Shown: positions 1 to 12,802, counted from the first letter of the stretch. The stretch: 63,725 bases of DNA from Octopus bimaculoides (GCF_001194135.2 NC_068982.1:4266417-4330141); one strand, 5' to 3'. The notes: generated by a model from the letters alone, not told the origin. Numbers and translations: made by a program.

Positions 1-268
1 GTCCAAAAGATAGTGCTCATGGGAACTGCCCATATCCTACGTAAAATACTGTCTATGTGATCTCAAATTTTAAAGCAAACATAATTTTCTTATGGTTTCT
101 TAAACATTCACTTGAACAAAACTGTACAAATCCAAATATATGGTACCCTAGGCATAACACCTACATGAACTTCTAACTTGTTGTCTCTTGAGGTCTCTGG
201 GTGAGACTTGGATCCAACTTGTACAAATGCAAAACAAAAGTCAAACATAAAATAATAATAATAATAAT
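1..268 (+). mobile_element. 3' end of R4/Dong-like non-LTR retrotransposon (RLE C-terminus, 3'UTR, (TAA)n tail)
   Basis: Positions 1-60 translate VQKIVLMGTAHILRKILSM*, matching the QK..L.GTA.ILR..L C-terminus of R4/Dong-type RLE ORFs. A ~190 nt UTR follows and ends in TAA repeats. Confidence 0.8.
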
Positions 269-486
269 GCTCCTTCCTACTATATGCACAAGGCCTGAAA
301 TTTTGGGGGAATGGGGGCCAGTCGATTAGATCGACCACAGCACGCAACTGGTACTTATTTCATCGACCCCGAAAGGGTGAAAGGCAAAGTTGACCTCGGC
401 GGAATATGAACTCAGAACGTAACGGCAAACGAATTACCGCAAAGAATTTGATCTGGCGTGCTAATGATTCTGTCAGCTCACCGTCC
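269..486 (-). mobile_element. tRNA-derived SINE family A, full length, inside a (TAA)n tract
   Basis: Reverse complement begins GGACGGTGAGCTGACAGAATCATTAGCACGCC (tRNA-like head) and contains TTTCACCCTTTCGGGGTCGATGAAATAAGTACCAG. Homologous copies at 3884, 5304, 17263 and 36271. Confidence 0.85.
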
Positions 487-546
<60 letters not shown>

Positions 547-577
547 TAATAATAATCGTAATAGTAATAATAATAAT
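487..577. repeat. (TAA)n microsatellite
   Basis: Directly visible trinucleotide run. Confidence 0.95.
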
Positions 578-2269
578 CTCATGGGGCTGATTTGCTTGTC
601 TTTCTCGACGAGATACATTCCATACTATTTTGGATCTGTTATGTTCAAACATTGCTTCATGTGTGCTATTGTATGACTTTCTGTCTCTATTCTGTAATAT
701 TGGCAGAACTTCAAACTTCTTTTGCTGCAAACTCTATTATGCCTTTAGATATATTCAGCTTTTGCCAAGACTGGACAACTTGAGATATGGTCGATAACGC
801 CGCTGCAGTCACCAAAACATCTTCAGAATTGGTTTTGTTTACTTCTATGTTTTAGGATGTTAAATTTTTTTTTGTTCTTCGGTTCTTTCGACAATATATT
901 TTTGCCTACTGAACTTGAAAGATGTCTATATAGCAATAAATTCACATTGGTTCGACTTTATTCCCCTCATAATAGACACAATTAATCTGATATAACTTTA
1001 TAGCTCTCAGGTTTCGGGTACTTTCTCTCCCCTGTTGCTGTACCGATCTTCTTTCATTAACAAGCTTCAAACTCTATTGTATTTATCGATTTATTCACAT
1101 TTTCCTCTATTCTGTTTTGTGTGTTGGGGGACTGTTCTGTGTTTTCTTCATCAAGTCCTCTTTTCACCTGTTTATAGTCACTTATCCCAACACATATTGT
1201 TCTCTGTCCTCTTCATTGCGTCTTATGTATGAACCTATATCGAAATGTTTATAAGGTTTTTAACTGAGTCAACTGCAGAAAACAAAGAAAGATTCCAAAA
1301 TGGTTAAATATTCTTCTCATCAGTGAGACTGTACAAACTTTATTATAGAAGTATAAACTTTTTAGTACACGTTAATAGATATCAATATCTTCCATGAAGA
1401 ATAATTATTTGGTACATCAAACGGAGATCAAAGAAATGGATGCTTGTTAGTTTTTACAACGCTCTATTTTTCTTCCAGAAACGGTATCTTTTTCATCGAA
1501 TATGAGACATTACAGTGCAAATGTCTGTATATATTGGTGAAATAAACTTTGTAATATTTAAAGTTACTTTTATCTTAATTCATAAATAATTCACATCTAG
1601 GTAAAAAAGTAATAAATTAATAGATATTTGAAGAAAGTTATGTTAAAAATAGTTCTTGTGATTAAATACTTTATGTGACGCATCTAATCGGTTTAAATGT
1701 AAATAAAATTTTTATATTGCTTCAAGCAAAAAATGTAGCTATCATTAGCTTTCGCGTTTATAAAGTTTGAAGTTGTCACCTATGTCCTTATTTGGAATTT
1801 TTTTGTAATCTTTATTAAATATACTTCGAGTAATGTATGAATACTTGAGGCGAAATAATAATTTCCAATTGAATCTAATGGCAAATTAGTTTAAATCGGT
1901 GTCAGCTTTTCCCAGTTTCTGACGATTTGAGTTCTTTTGAATTTTCCTTAATTTCTGATGACTAATTATTTTTGGTATTTCTTATGACTAATTAGATCTA
2001 GTATTGAGTGGAGCATGCGTCCACACAAGTTATATATATGTCTGTCGTTTGTCCTCTTCATTTCTGAAAAGTTCTTGTTCAAACAGTTTTGCAGCACTCA
2101 GGTTTCTTAGATGCTAATTTTCACGTCTGCTGCTTGTTCTTCGCTTTTTGTCGGAAACATATTGGTTTTCTGCATGCTTTGAATTGCTCTTTGTTATGGT
2201 TTCGAACACAGCTACATATTCTTTTGTCGTTGTAGAGTTCTCTATAACAGAACCGATAGGAAACCTGAT

Positions 2270-3200
2270 ATTACCCAGATGACACCTTCATTGTCTCAGA
2301 TCTAAATCTGAGCCAATGTTTCATGACGGTGTTGCTTGTACATATATATAAAAAAAAGTTTGATGACTTCAAAGCTGTTGGCTTGAGGTTTCTCAAGGAC
2401 TGTTAAGTTGATGACATCGTCCTCTCATTTGATTGTGACAACGATGATGATCATTACTTGACGTTTCTGCTCGTGGAAACGCTCAAGATGTACCTACAGA
2501 AAAGTCCATGGTTCGTGCCTGAATAGTAAAACTAAAATAACGACAGTTTGATACATCCATCCAAGACGGTGTTTTTGCTTTTAAAATATTCCAAAAGCAA
2601 CATGGCTAACATGGAACCTGTTTCTGCATTCTTCTCGGAGATGAATTGCATGGAGAATAGACTTCCGAGACAGAGGAAACGACCTACCTACTTTTGAGGA
2701 GTAATCTGAAAAGACTGCCCCTGATAATATTGTGCAAGCACTTTGCTTTTCTGGACGTTGGTTCATAGATTAAGGCTCTCATAAACGTCACTGAAATCGT
2801 TAACCAGTTATTGCGTCATGGATGAGCGGGCGAAACATTATCACCAGTACACTACAGTTCAGTGATTCGGCTGATGTCGATCAGTGCTTTTTTTAATAAA
2901 AATTTGAACAAGTAGAAAAGTTCTTCGTCAGAGCGACACCTGATCCGACATGTTGAGTTCTTTGTTTGTGACAGCACGTGAACATGGCCGCCAGGTGCCA
3001 AGAGAAAAATGCTGGAGTACATAACCTCATTTCACTTTCTTTGGGAATTGGAAACTCATCAGAGACGGTGCTTTGATGAAACCTCTGTCAAATCTTGCTT
3101 TCGTGGAGGATCATTACAAATCAGTCAAGACAGCCAAAGTATTCTAGAACTTTCTCCATTCCGGATCACAATTCGGCTTTAAAGGAATTTTTTAGTTCTT
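2270..3200 (+). mobile_element. Highly degenerate BEL/Pao-like LTR retrotransposon pol relic
   Basis: Motif remnants in the expected order with many stops and frameshifts: QMT..HC..SKS.P, VDDIVLS (RT YxDD-like, ~2408), F(Q)FD, FSDS, RHV, LELSPF. Confidence 0.4.
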
Positions 3201-3351
3201 AGAACACAAGTTATAAAGGTTTTCGCTGTTCTCTTTTCCTGTAGCTGCCATACACAGAATATTTTAGAAGCAGAACGCTATTTGGAAAATACGATTCCGG
3301 AATGTCAACACTTTGAATTGCGGTTTCGTTACCTCATATCTATTATAGATA

Positions 3352-3642
3352 TCTTTTATCTCTTACGTGTTTCAGTCAATAGTCTGCAACCATGCTGGGG
3401 CACCCCATTGAAGTATGTTTAGTCGAACGAAGTTACGGGGGTGTAAATAAAGCAACCCTGGTTATCAAGCGGTGTTAGGGGGCAAACAGACATAAAAACA
3501 CATACACACACACATATTCATATACGACAGGCTTCTTTTAGTTTTCGTCTACCAAATCCACTCACATAGCTTTACTCAGCTCGAGGATCATAAAAGACAC
3601 TTGCCCAAAGTGCCACGCGGTGGATCTGAACCCAGACCCATG
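3352..3642 (-). mobile_element. SINE family B (CORE-like, internal microsatellite), partial
   Basis: Shares GTTTCAGTCA..CCATGCTGGGGCACC and TCTACCAAATCCACTCAC..GACACTTGCCCAA with the copies at 14325 and 58001. Confidence 0.8.
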
Positions 3643-3883
3643 CGATATTAATTGGAAGGGTTAATCACTAAAAACGTCAACTACAAACTTCATTGACAAA
3701 ATGCCACGGAAAGTATTTTCTTGAAGAACGTACGTATTTTGAAATATGAAAACTGAAAGTAGTTCTTTGAGGATTCTGTGGAGAGAATGAATTCCTTTAT
3801 ACAACGTTGATGTCAGTTTCTTCTAGAAAGACTATAGAGCAGCGGTTTGCCGTCACCCGTCACCGGCAGTGAAACGGTAAATT

Positions 3884-4097
3884 CTTTTCTACTCTAGGAA
3901 CAAGGCCTGAAATCCTTGGGGAGGGGGCCAGTCGATTAGATCGACCCCAGCACGCAACTGGTACGTAATATATCGACCCCGAAAGGATGAAAGACAAAGT
4001 CGACCTCGGCAGAATTTAAACTCAGAACTTTGAGAAAGACAAAATACCGCTAAGCATTTCGCCCGGCGTGCTAACGTTTCTGCCAGCTCGCCGCCTT
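3884..4097 (-). mobile_element. SINE family A, full length, with 15-bp target-site duplication
   Basis: Flanked by GTGAAACGGTAAATT at 3869-3883 and 4098-4112. Confidence 0.9.
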
Positions 4098-4344
4098 GTG
4101 AAACGGTAAATTGAGCGAGAAACATATAATTTAATAACTGAAATGAGATACTAACCAACTTCTTAGTGAATTGTTCGATAATCTATCGAGCCGACCAGCT
4201 GAGTTCCTTAATACAGACTAGAGCAAATAATTACAATGGAGAAAATGCTGTCTCGAAGTTATATGTACACACTACAGATTTACAATATATTTTGTAACAT
4301 AAATATAATGCCAAATATGCTAAACAAAGAAATGTTTAGGTCAA

Positions 4345-4752
4345 ATATAGAAAAATTATTATTTCTAAATCTCTGAACGAGAAATATACAGTAGCAGTAC
4401 TCTAGAGTAAAGATATTTGCTAACATAATGTGGCAGTCTTGATTAGGATGAATGTTACTGTTATTTAGCCCCAGGAAGCATAGTCTCCAGTTGGCTATCG
4501 ACACACTATCTGCGTCCTTATCTATCCAGACCTTATCGCCATCTCTAGCCGAGCAGTTATTCTGTACTGATGAAGGTAAATAATCCAGAAACCATTGGTG
4601 TATAGATATTGCTCTGAGCTGAGTGGAGACACTAGACTCCCATGATCGAAAATATAAGTACTCAAATAGTGTGTCGATAGCCAGCTGGAGACGATGTTTC
4701 CTGGGATAACATTCATCCTAACCAGGACTGCCACATTATATTGGCAAATAAT
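4345..4752 (+). mobile_element. Hammerhead-containing repeat family H1 with inverted arm (Penelope pLTR/retrozyme-like)
   Basis: 4345-4521 is a minus-strand segment of the unit, overlapping in sequence with the plus-strand segment at ~4650-4752. Homologous to 15930-16502 and 50631-51195. Confidence 0.7.
4561..4606 (+). ncRNA. Type I hammerhead motif, probably inactive (G at cleavage position)
   Basis: TCTGTA-CTGATGA-aggtaaataatcca-GAAA-CCATTGG-TG-TATAGA; stem I pairs, position 17 is G. Confidence 0.55.
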
Positions 4753-5303
4753 CTTTAGGTCAAACAAGTTTAGGTAAAAGAGACTGTATATAGAATCAGT
4801 ATGTAATGTCTAATCGAATGTCTGCTTGAGTGACATTACGTTCAATATGGCTTAAATCTCGAGTCATAACTCTTTCAACGAATTTTATATAAATAATAAC
4901 GGTACGACTAACGATAATTGTGGAAAATACCACTTAGCTTTTAAGTCATTTAGTTCAAGATATTTAAGATAATTAGACACATCATGAAATATATTTAGGA
5001 CAAACACGCAAGTTACGAACCAAAAAGAGACAGGTAGAAAGTAAAGACTTAGAATCGCAAGATCACAATTTGGAATCCTTTGGAATAATTTTATCTTGTC
5101 AATATATATCAATTTTATTGGTTTATACAATTTTTAGTACTTACCATAAATTTGTCATAAGTATTGTATTTCAAATTAGAGAGTTTCTTTAAGTTACGAG
5201 AATCACTGTCGCTGAATACACTTTGATTACCATTGTCATTTACATGTAAATCATTCATTTTCTGAAACGATTCAAAGCGTTCAACACCTAAATGTGTTTA
5301 TAC

Positions 5304-5516
5304 ATTCTTTTCTACACTAGGCACAAGGCCCGAAATTTTTGGGGAGGGGGCCAGTCGATTAGATCAACCCTAGTAGGCAACTGGTACTTAATTTATCGAC
5401 TCTGAAAGGATGAAAGGCAAAGTCGACCTCGACAGAATTTGAACTCAGAACATAAAGACAGACAAAATACCGCTAAGCAAAATTTCGGGCCTTGTACCTA
5501 GAGTAGAAAAAAAATA
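5304..5516 (-). mobile_element. 5'-truncated SINE family A with inverted duplicate of its own 3' tail
   Basis: 5479-5516 (AAAATTTCGGGCCTTGTACCTAGAGTAGAAAA) is the reverse complement of 5304-5340. Confidence 0.8.
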
Positions 5517-6489
5517 TCTGTTTCAACACACGATTTTATATCAGGAAATTTGCACAACACATTCATAAACGTATATGGTCTTCATTTAGTCAGACTGAAT
5601 TATGATGATCCAGTTTATTAATTATCAAGAGGCATAAGAAAACAGCTGCAGTAAGAAATATATGTCAAAAGGATAATTAATGATGAATTTCAGTTCCACC
5701 TGATATTAGTAATAAGTAATCTGAGGCTGAAGTAAAGAAACAATCTATGAAATATTTTAGCAATATATATCTGCAACGAATATTATATTTAAAGTCATGT
5801 AATATAAATTATGTGTTAATGAAATATTAACTACTATGCAGGTAGCGGACACAATATCGAATGCTAACTGGCGACAACGAATCTACTCTGGCTGTTTCAA
5901 GTTTAGTACCATATATAGAAAAGTTGCATAAAACAATGTGAATGTATCTCTCGGGTTAGAAGTAACAGAGACACGAGGCTTCACATTTGAGAAAGGGAGC
6001 GGTAGACTTCAATTATATGGACCCTAATATTTGACTGTTGGCTCGTTTTTTGTCGATTGCAGAAGGATGAAAGCAAACCTGACGTTGGAAGGATTTGAAC
6101 GCAAGCTGGACAAATAGCACAAAGTATTTTGCCCCATACCATAAATATTCCACAAATTCAAATAACAACAATGAAGAAGAAGATGATGATCCTTTCTTTG
6201 CTGGCAGTAAGGATCCTTGCATACAAAATATGTTATTTCAAAAGAATAAGGCCATCCACAAAGGTGTGTGAAACCAGACACAGTTTCGTTTAACTGCGAA
6301 GCATCCCACATCCTGTGGAGAGTGACTCACCAGCTACTTACAGACTCATATGATTTCTACGAATTATTGTATTTCATTTTTGAGTTTGAAATAATAATTC
6401 CCATCGTTATTTTAATTAAAATTCTCTTTCTTCTCATTCAGAGCATTTAGTAATTCCGCCAGATTCTCATTGCTAATTCGCATAATCAT

Positions 6490-7400
6490 AATTTTCAGCT
6501 TCTCTGAGGGGAGGTTATTTTCCTGGGAGATTCCCAACTTTTGTGTTTGCCTTTAGCCTGGGTTCATTCATATTTTTGTCCCTTCTTTCTCTTATTGATA
6601 CCGCTGACGTTTTTCTACTTACCGTCTTCATCTCCTCTCCGCATATGATGAGATGGGAATACAGCTCAGTGTCTCCGGTCGGTCCTCTGCTGGGGAGGAA
6701 AACATCCTTGCCGATTTCATTATCCAAACTTGTCGGTACCTAGTGTAAGTAATCCTAAAAAAGAGGCGATTTCATTTGTCTTTGATCCCGTTCTTCCAAT
6801 CGTCGGGGGTTGGACCGGTCATGCTCTGAAAACAGCGACAGCAGCCGTCTTTACATCAAAGGCCTCATAGTATCTCTTCTCTTTAATGCGCTCGTGCGCT
6901 TCTTCTAGACAGAAAGTCATCAAATAGACATTTCTTTCCATACGTGTTGCTACTGGACCTCGGCTCTGTACCACCTCTCTGTTTGGTTCCCACTCCGATA
7001 CCTCTGCGGCGTACAATTCCAAGGCAGCACTGAGGTCTTCCAGTACCATCAGGATTTTGATATCCACAAAAGAAGCCATCACAGCACACGTTGCTGCGAG
7101 TTACTCCACAGATACCATCTGCCCTACATATGTCGCAAAGGCGATGACAAACCAAACGCCAATGTCACTATAAATATCTTTGATCCTGACATTTTAAGAT
7201 TAATTTTCCTCTGAGCTAATGCACTGGACTGGCTTTGCTTGTCTGTCCTTCTCCTCGGTCTTAAATCCACACACACTCTTACATGTGCTTTGTTCTAGTC
7301 GAAGGAGTATATCTCCAGTCGCATGCCGGCCAAGTCTTCCTCCAACTCCATATTCGAGTCATGCAGAAATTCTCCTTCTTATTCGCAACCTATTTTTATG
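6490..7400 (-). mobile_element. Possible degenerate L1/Tx1-like ORF1 fragment
   Basis: GC-elevated island with broken frames. ATYVGQ...LAATCAVMAS resembles PTYMGR...DAAWVMAA of the ORF1-like frame at 62867-63055; a possible decayed Zn-knuckle (FCLEEAHER) is present. Confidence 0.3.
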
Positions 7401-7876
7401 TTAAGAAATAATAGAATTATCGGTTTTCTGGGTTAAAGCTACGTCAGTATGGTAAATGATATCGAAAGCGTGGCAAAATAAAATAAATGAATAAAATAAA
7501 AACAGAAACGACGAACAAAGCACAAGATTAAAGTAAATGCGCTGTGTATGAGAAAGGAAAAGATAAGACAGTGTCCCAGTCATTTGTCATTCTTCACGTT
7601 AGAAGAGAGAAGAGAAAGAACAGATGGAAAGTAAAAACAATGTTGGGTTACAGACTTGAATGACAGGATGTCGTGCAGCGAGGATTTCGGATTTCGATGA
7701 GAGAAGAGTTAGAAATGGTATTTTGGAAATACGAGTGGCCAGCGTGGGAGGACATAGTCAAAGGAACTGAAGTATGTTTGAAATATGTTTATTTGATAAG
7801 CGTGGTTGGTGGCATGAAACGAAACATGTGTACAGTGTGCTTGTGCATGTGTGAGTGCATGATTAGAGTGTGCGAA

Positions 7877-8160
7877 GCGGTTTAGTGATTAAGATGTTCG
7901 GCTCACGATCGTATGGTTGTGTGTTCGATTCCTAGTATCACGTTGTACCCTTGAGCAAGACACTTTATTTCACGTTGCTTCATTTTGCTCAGCTGGCAAA
8001 AGTGAGTTTTTACCTGATTCATAGTGTCACGCTGAATCTCACCGAGAACCACGTTAAGGGTACTCATGTTTGTGGAGTACTCAGCCAGTTGCACGTTAAT
8101 TTCATGAGCATGTTGATCGAGTCAACTGGAATCCTCGTCTTTGTAACCGACGGGGTGTCG
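7877..8160 (+). mobile_element. tRNA-derived CORE-like SINE family C
   Basis: B-box GTTCGATTCC followed by GTACCCTTGAGCAAGACACTTTATTTCACGTTGC (CORE-like). Related segments at 12943 and 55017. Confidence 0.7.
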
Positions 8161-8298
8161 TTTTTTTAATGATTGCAACTAAACCACAGTTCTTTCATTC
8201 CCCACAACACCCACCCTGTATACTTTGCTCGCTTCTGCGCCCGCTCCTCTTGCAAAACCTGTCTCTTTATCTTACACCATCACTAACTTAGATCCACG

Positions 8299-8585
8299 TT
8301 GTGAGTGGATTTGGTAGACGGAAACTGTAAGAAGCCCGTTGTGTAGGTATTATATATGTGTGTGTGTATGTATGTGTGTGCCTTTTTGTCTGAGTTTGTT
8401 CCTCACCATCGCTTAATAACCGTTTTTTTTTATTTACGTCCCCGTAACTTAGTGGCTCGGTAAAAGGCACCGATGAAATAAGTACCATGGTAAAAAAAAA
8501 AAAACCGCTTTGGTTGATTCGTTCAACTAAAATCCTTCATCATGGCTGCAATCTAAATAAATGAAACACGTAAAAGATAAAAGAT
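8299..8585 (+). mobile_element. SINE family B, 3' part
   Basis: TTGTGAGTGGATTTGGTAGACGGAAACTG...TTTACGTCCCCGTAACTTAG...GAAATAAGTACC...GTAAAAGATAAAAGA tail. Confidence 0.8.
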
Positions 8586-9084
8586 AGGAAAGATGTCATT
8601 AAACGAAGAAGATATGAACGCACACGCCTGGACACATAAACGCTACCACACACACTCACGGAGACACGCATGCACACACACACACATCTACATTCCATTG
8701 ATTGTACAATCTTGTATTGATAGATAAGTCTCGAGCTTGTATTTTCCTTTTATGTGAAATTCAGTTGAATACAAACCTAATCAGTGATCAGTTGGTGCAG
8801 GGTGACTTGTCAATCTCAGATAACAATAGTTGAAAGAAAAACAATGGTTAAGATATATTAATCATTTAAAGTTTATCTGTAGTAAATAAATAATCCACAG
8901 AATGAAGACTTTGTGACAAAGAAAATATTCATGGAAACAAATAATCTGATGACGTTTATCCTGTATAATTCATAGACATGTATCAAAATTTTCCGTTAGT
9001 TTAATCTTATATAGAAATATAAAGGATAGCAAACAATGAACATGTAACTCAAAGTTATCAGTCAATAGGCGCAGTCGTTGCTAC

Positions 9085-9174
9085 AGGCGCAGGCGTGGCT
9101 GTGTGGTAAGAAGTTTGCTTCCCGACCACATGGTCGCGGGTTCAGTCTGTCATAGCCTCAGGCCGACCAAAGCT
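9085..9174 (+). mobile_element. SINE family B head (internally deleted) abutting an RTE fragment
   Basis: AGGCGCAGGCGTGGCTGTGTGGTAAGAAGTTTGCTTCCCGACCACATGG...GGCCGACCAAAGCT. Confidence 0.8.
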
Positions 9175-9954
9175 AAAACACGTGAACAAAATACTGACTT
9201 GTACATGGTCTTTATCGAATTGACCAAGGCCTCTGACACAGTGAATCGTAAGGCGTTCTGGAAAATTTTGTTAGAGGTCGATCTTCCTGATAAAATGATA
9301 AGGGTAATGGTATCTTTACACGAAAGAATGATGGCAACAATGATATCTAACGGTCAATGTTCAGAGGCATTTTCTATTTCCACCAGAACTAAACAGGGCT
9401 GTGTTTTAGCTCCTGCACTTTTCGCCATACTCTTTTCGATGCTGCTTCAACATACTTTTAAGGATTACCACGGTGTAAAACTTCAGTTATGCAACAGAAA
9501 AAAGTCAGCTAAACCTAAATGAGCAAAGCCTCACTTCAATGAAAAAAACCCGGAAAGTGATTCTATGCGATTTTCTGTTCATGATAATTGCGCTTTGATT
9601 TGTCATCCATTTAAAGAAATTCAGGAAACAGGTGACAGGTTTAATACCACAGCTCGTGCATCTGGGTGAGTAGCAGCATTAAAAAGACTGAAGTTTTATT
9701 CCAACCAAAGCACGGGACAAAGCATACTCAGGATATAAATATGATGATTGACAATAAGCCACTCAAATGGGTTAAGTCACTTAAATATTTTGGAAGTACA
9801 GTAACTTTAAGAGTACTTTTGATGAAATCAATTTTAGAAAATCAAAGACTACAAATGCTTTTGGAAAACTTTCTCATTGTTTTGTGAGATGAACACGTTG
9901 TCAGTTTGAAAACTAATATAATTCTACACAAAACTTGTACTTTGAGCACAGTTT

Positions 9955-9957
<3 letters not shown>
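9175..9957 (+). mobile_element. RTE-clade LINE reverse-transcriptase fragment (pseudogenised)
   Basis: REQNTDLYMVFIELTKASDTVNR, TKQGCVLAPALF, KTEVLFQP, YFGS, DEINFRKSKTTNAFGKL; frameshifts and stops. Confidence 0.85.
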
Positions 9958-9998
<41 letters not shown>

Positions 9999-10000
9999 TA

Positions 10001-10117
10001 GTCAAAATAAGCAACAAGGATATCCAAATTCAATGCAGTACGATCGTTTCATGCGACTCCATCGCATGAAACGATCGTACTGCATTAACTTTGAATATCT
10101 TTGTTGCTTATTTTGAC
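10001..10117. repeat. Near-perfect 117-bp palindrome (56-bp arms, 5-nt loop)
   Basis: GTCAAAATAAGCAACAA...AATGCAGTACGATCGTTTCATGCGA-ctcca-TCGCATGAAACGATCGTACTGCATT...TTGTTGCTTATTTTGAC; the inner 25 bp are perfect. Confidence 0.9.
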
Positions 10118-10820
10118 TTTAATAACCTTATTTTGAAACTGTATGGATAATATCACACTTAATTCTGGTGCCTAAACTTAAGTACCATATTCACCTTGAA
10201 TCTAAATCTTTATATATATATATATACGCACACTTACATTAGACAATGGTGTTAACATATTTAAGAGAGTGAGTATTAGAAAGCTAACTGGAAATACTAT
10301 GCACTGATGAAAAATAACAGACAGTTTATAGTCACTGATTAATATTAGATTTTACAAATTTGCCTTTATGACGATGCAACAGATATGATTCCCATCTGCA
10401 CATTGAGCTCTACGAAAAGCGTTTGGACACCAGAATACAATTAGATAGAATTTAAAATTCCAATTTATACTTTTTCTCACCTAGTTGATAGGTAAGGTAT
10501 TGGACAAAAATAATTTGCTTTTCAAATTGTAAAGATTTGCATAGATAATTGCCTGGAAGTAAGCATTTGGTTTTGGTAGCTCACTTGGCATAATAAAATG
10601 ATCTTACTGGCTTCTGGCTTAACAATGTCGTCTCTTTTGCAATTTTGTTAATATATGTATGTACACACACACACACGCACGCACACACAGACACAGACAC
10701 ACACAAATTGTATATATACATATATACAATTAGCACACATAAAAATTGTATATATACATACTATGTCCGAGTAGTTAGTTTTCGTGAAGCTTTAAAGTAA
10801 CTGTCATCTTTTAAATGACA

Positions 10821-10891
<71 letters not shown>

Positions 10892-11782
10892 GCACGCACG
10901 CCCCCCCCACTCGCACATACACACCCAAACTTACACGTATCCATTTATACAGACTGTCATTATGTATTTTTGTGTACTTGTATGTTAGCAAGTATCTCTA
11001 TAAGCACGTCTATTATTATATTTTTGTTTCTTCTTTTAAATGCCAAATGCATTAACAGATAATAAATTCTTGAATTTTAGAAACATTTCTGAACTGCAGA
11101 ATTTGCTTACCAAATGTTTCCATGATAATTGCAAAAGAAATAAACAACAAATAGAGAAGATAACAATAAAAAAAAGACAATAATAATAAGACCAACACTA
11201 GCAGAAGACATTTACGACAATGGCACCACATCTCCATAGTAACGGGAGATAACGACGATGTTAATGATGATAATGATGCGTTAGCTGACTGGACAATTGA
11301 AAATGAAATATCACTTGAATGGACGGACGCAATGCAGCACTGGCGTCAAATACGCCAAGTGTGTCTTGGACCTGTTCGGCATTATAAAAACATAATTAAA
11401 GAGTGGTGTACTGAATGATAAAAGGACGACATTCTAAATAGACTGGAATTCCGTCAATGCAAGCAGGACAAAATCTTGGGTAGTTTTTTAAGGGCTGTCA
11501 AAGATAAGGGGAAATAATTTCAAGGATTGTCAAAGTGAAGGGGACAAAATTTCAAAGAAGTTTTGCTTAAAATTGGTTTACATGTCTTGAAGAAAATCTT
11601 GTTTGTGATATTAATGAGAACAAGTTTGGCTATGTTTCCACCTTACTGGACATCAACAGCATAGCACGTATCATACATACATACATACATACATATGTAT
11701 GTGTGTGTGTGTGTATGCATGTATTATATATGCACGTATGCAAACACACATATACATATAAGTATAAGCGTGTGAGTATATT

Positions 11783-11945
11783 TAGGAGATCTGATCAAAA
11801 GGTTACGGACTGGTGCCTTGGAAATAAAACCACAAGAGTTATCTACTCGGTATTTAAACTCCTTCGAAGTAGTCCCCCTTCTGTAGCAACACATTTTATC
11901 CAGCCTCGTCTCATTTGATGGAAGCATTCTTGGGACTACAAGCAG
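11783..11945 (-). mobile_element. Mariner transposon 3' end fragment with TIR
   Basis: Minus strand encodes ...EGDYFEGV*, a typical mariner C-terminus; TIR-like GAGATCTGATCAAAAGGTTACGGACT. Confidence 0.65.
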
Positions 11946-12546
11946 CTGCCTCGTCACATTCTCAAACATATATATATGTACATATATATCCATATATATA
12001 TATATATATATATATANNNNNNNNNNNNNNNNNNNNNNNNNNNNNNNNNNNNNNNNNNNNNNNNNNNNNNNNNNNNNNNNNNNNNNNNNNNNNNNNNNNN
12101 NNNNNNNNNNNNNNNNNNNNNNNNNNNNNNNNNNNNNNNNNNNNNNNNNNNNNNNNNNNNNNNNNNNNNNNNNNNNNNNNNNNNNNNNNNNNNNNNNNNN
12201 NNNNNNNNNNNNNNNNNNNNNNNNNNNNNNNNNNNNNNNNNNNNNNNNNNNNNNNNNNNNNNNNNNNNNNNNNNNNNNAATTTATAAAAAATTAAAATTA
12301 AATTGAGCTTTATAGATAATAATATATATAAAAATATATAGTTTTAGGGAAAAGAAATTACTTTAACCTACATGGATTTACGCAGGATTGCACCTAAATA
12401 GACTTACTTCTACACGATCGGAAAGTTGAACTGTTAACTTTTATGCTTCTTTTTTCTTCTCTTTCTTCATCTCCTTATTCCTTCCTTTAATCCTGTCCTC
12501 TATGTCATCATTTCTTTAATCTATACCCTTCTCATTTTCCCTATTT

Positions 12547-12602
12547 GTCTCTGATGACGGAACATCCCATACTCTGGGATATCCCAGAAACAGCTGAAAG
12601 AC
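12547..12602 (+). ncRNA. Degenerate type I hammerhead motif (family H4, CAGCTG stem III) in a pLTR-like repeat ~12360-12680
   Basis: GTCT-CTGATGA-c-long stem II-ca-GAAA-CAGCTG-AA-AGAC; U16.1 is replaced by A. Confidence 0.55.
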
Positions 12603-12686
12603 TGAAAATTGTTCCCAGTAATAATAATGACTTGAGATGTTTGCCTTGCCTTAATGTTTGTTGTCTACTTTAACAATTGTATATAC

Positions 12687-12802
<116 letters not shown>

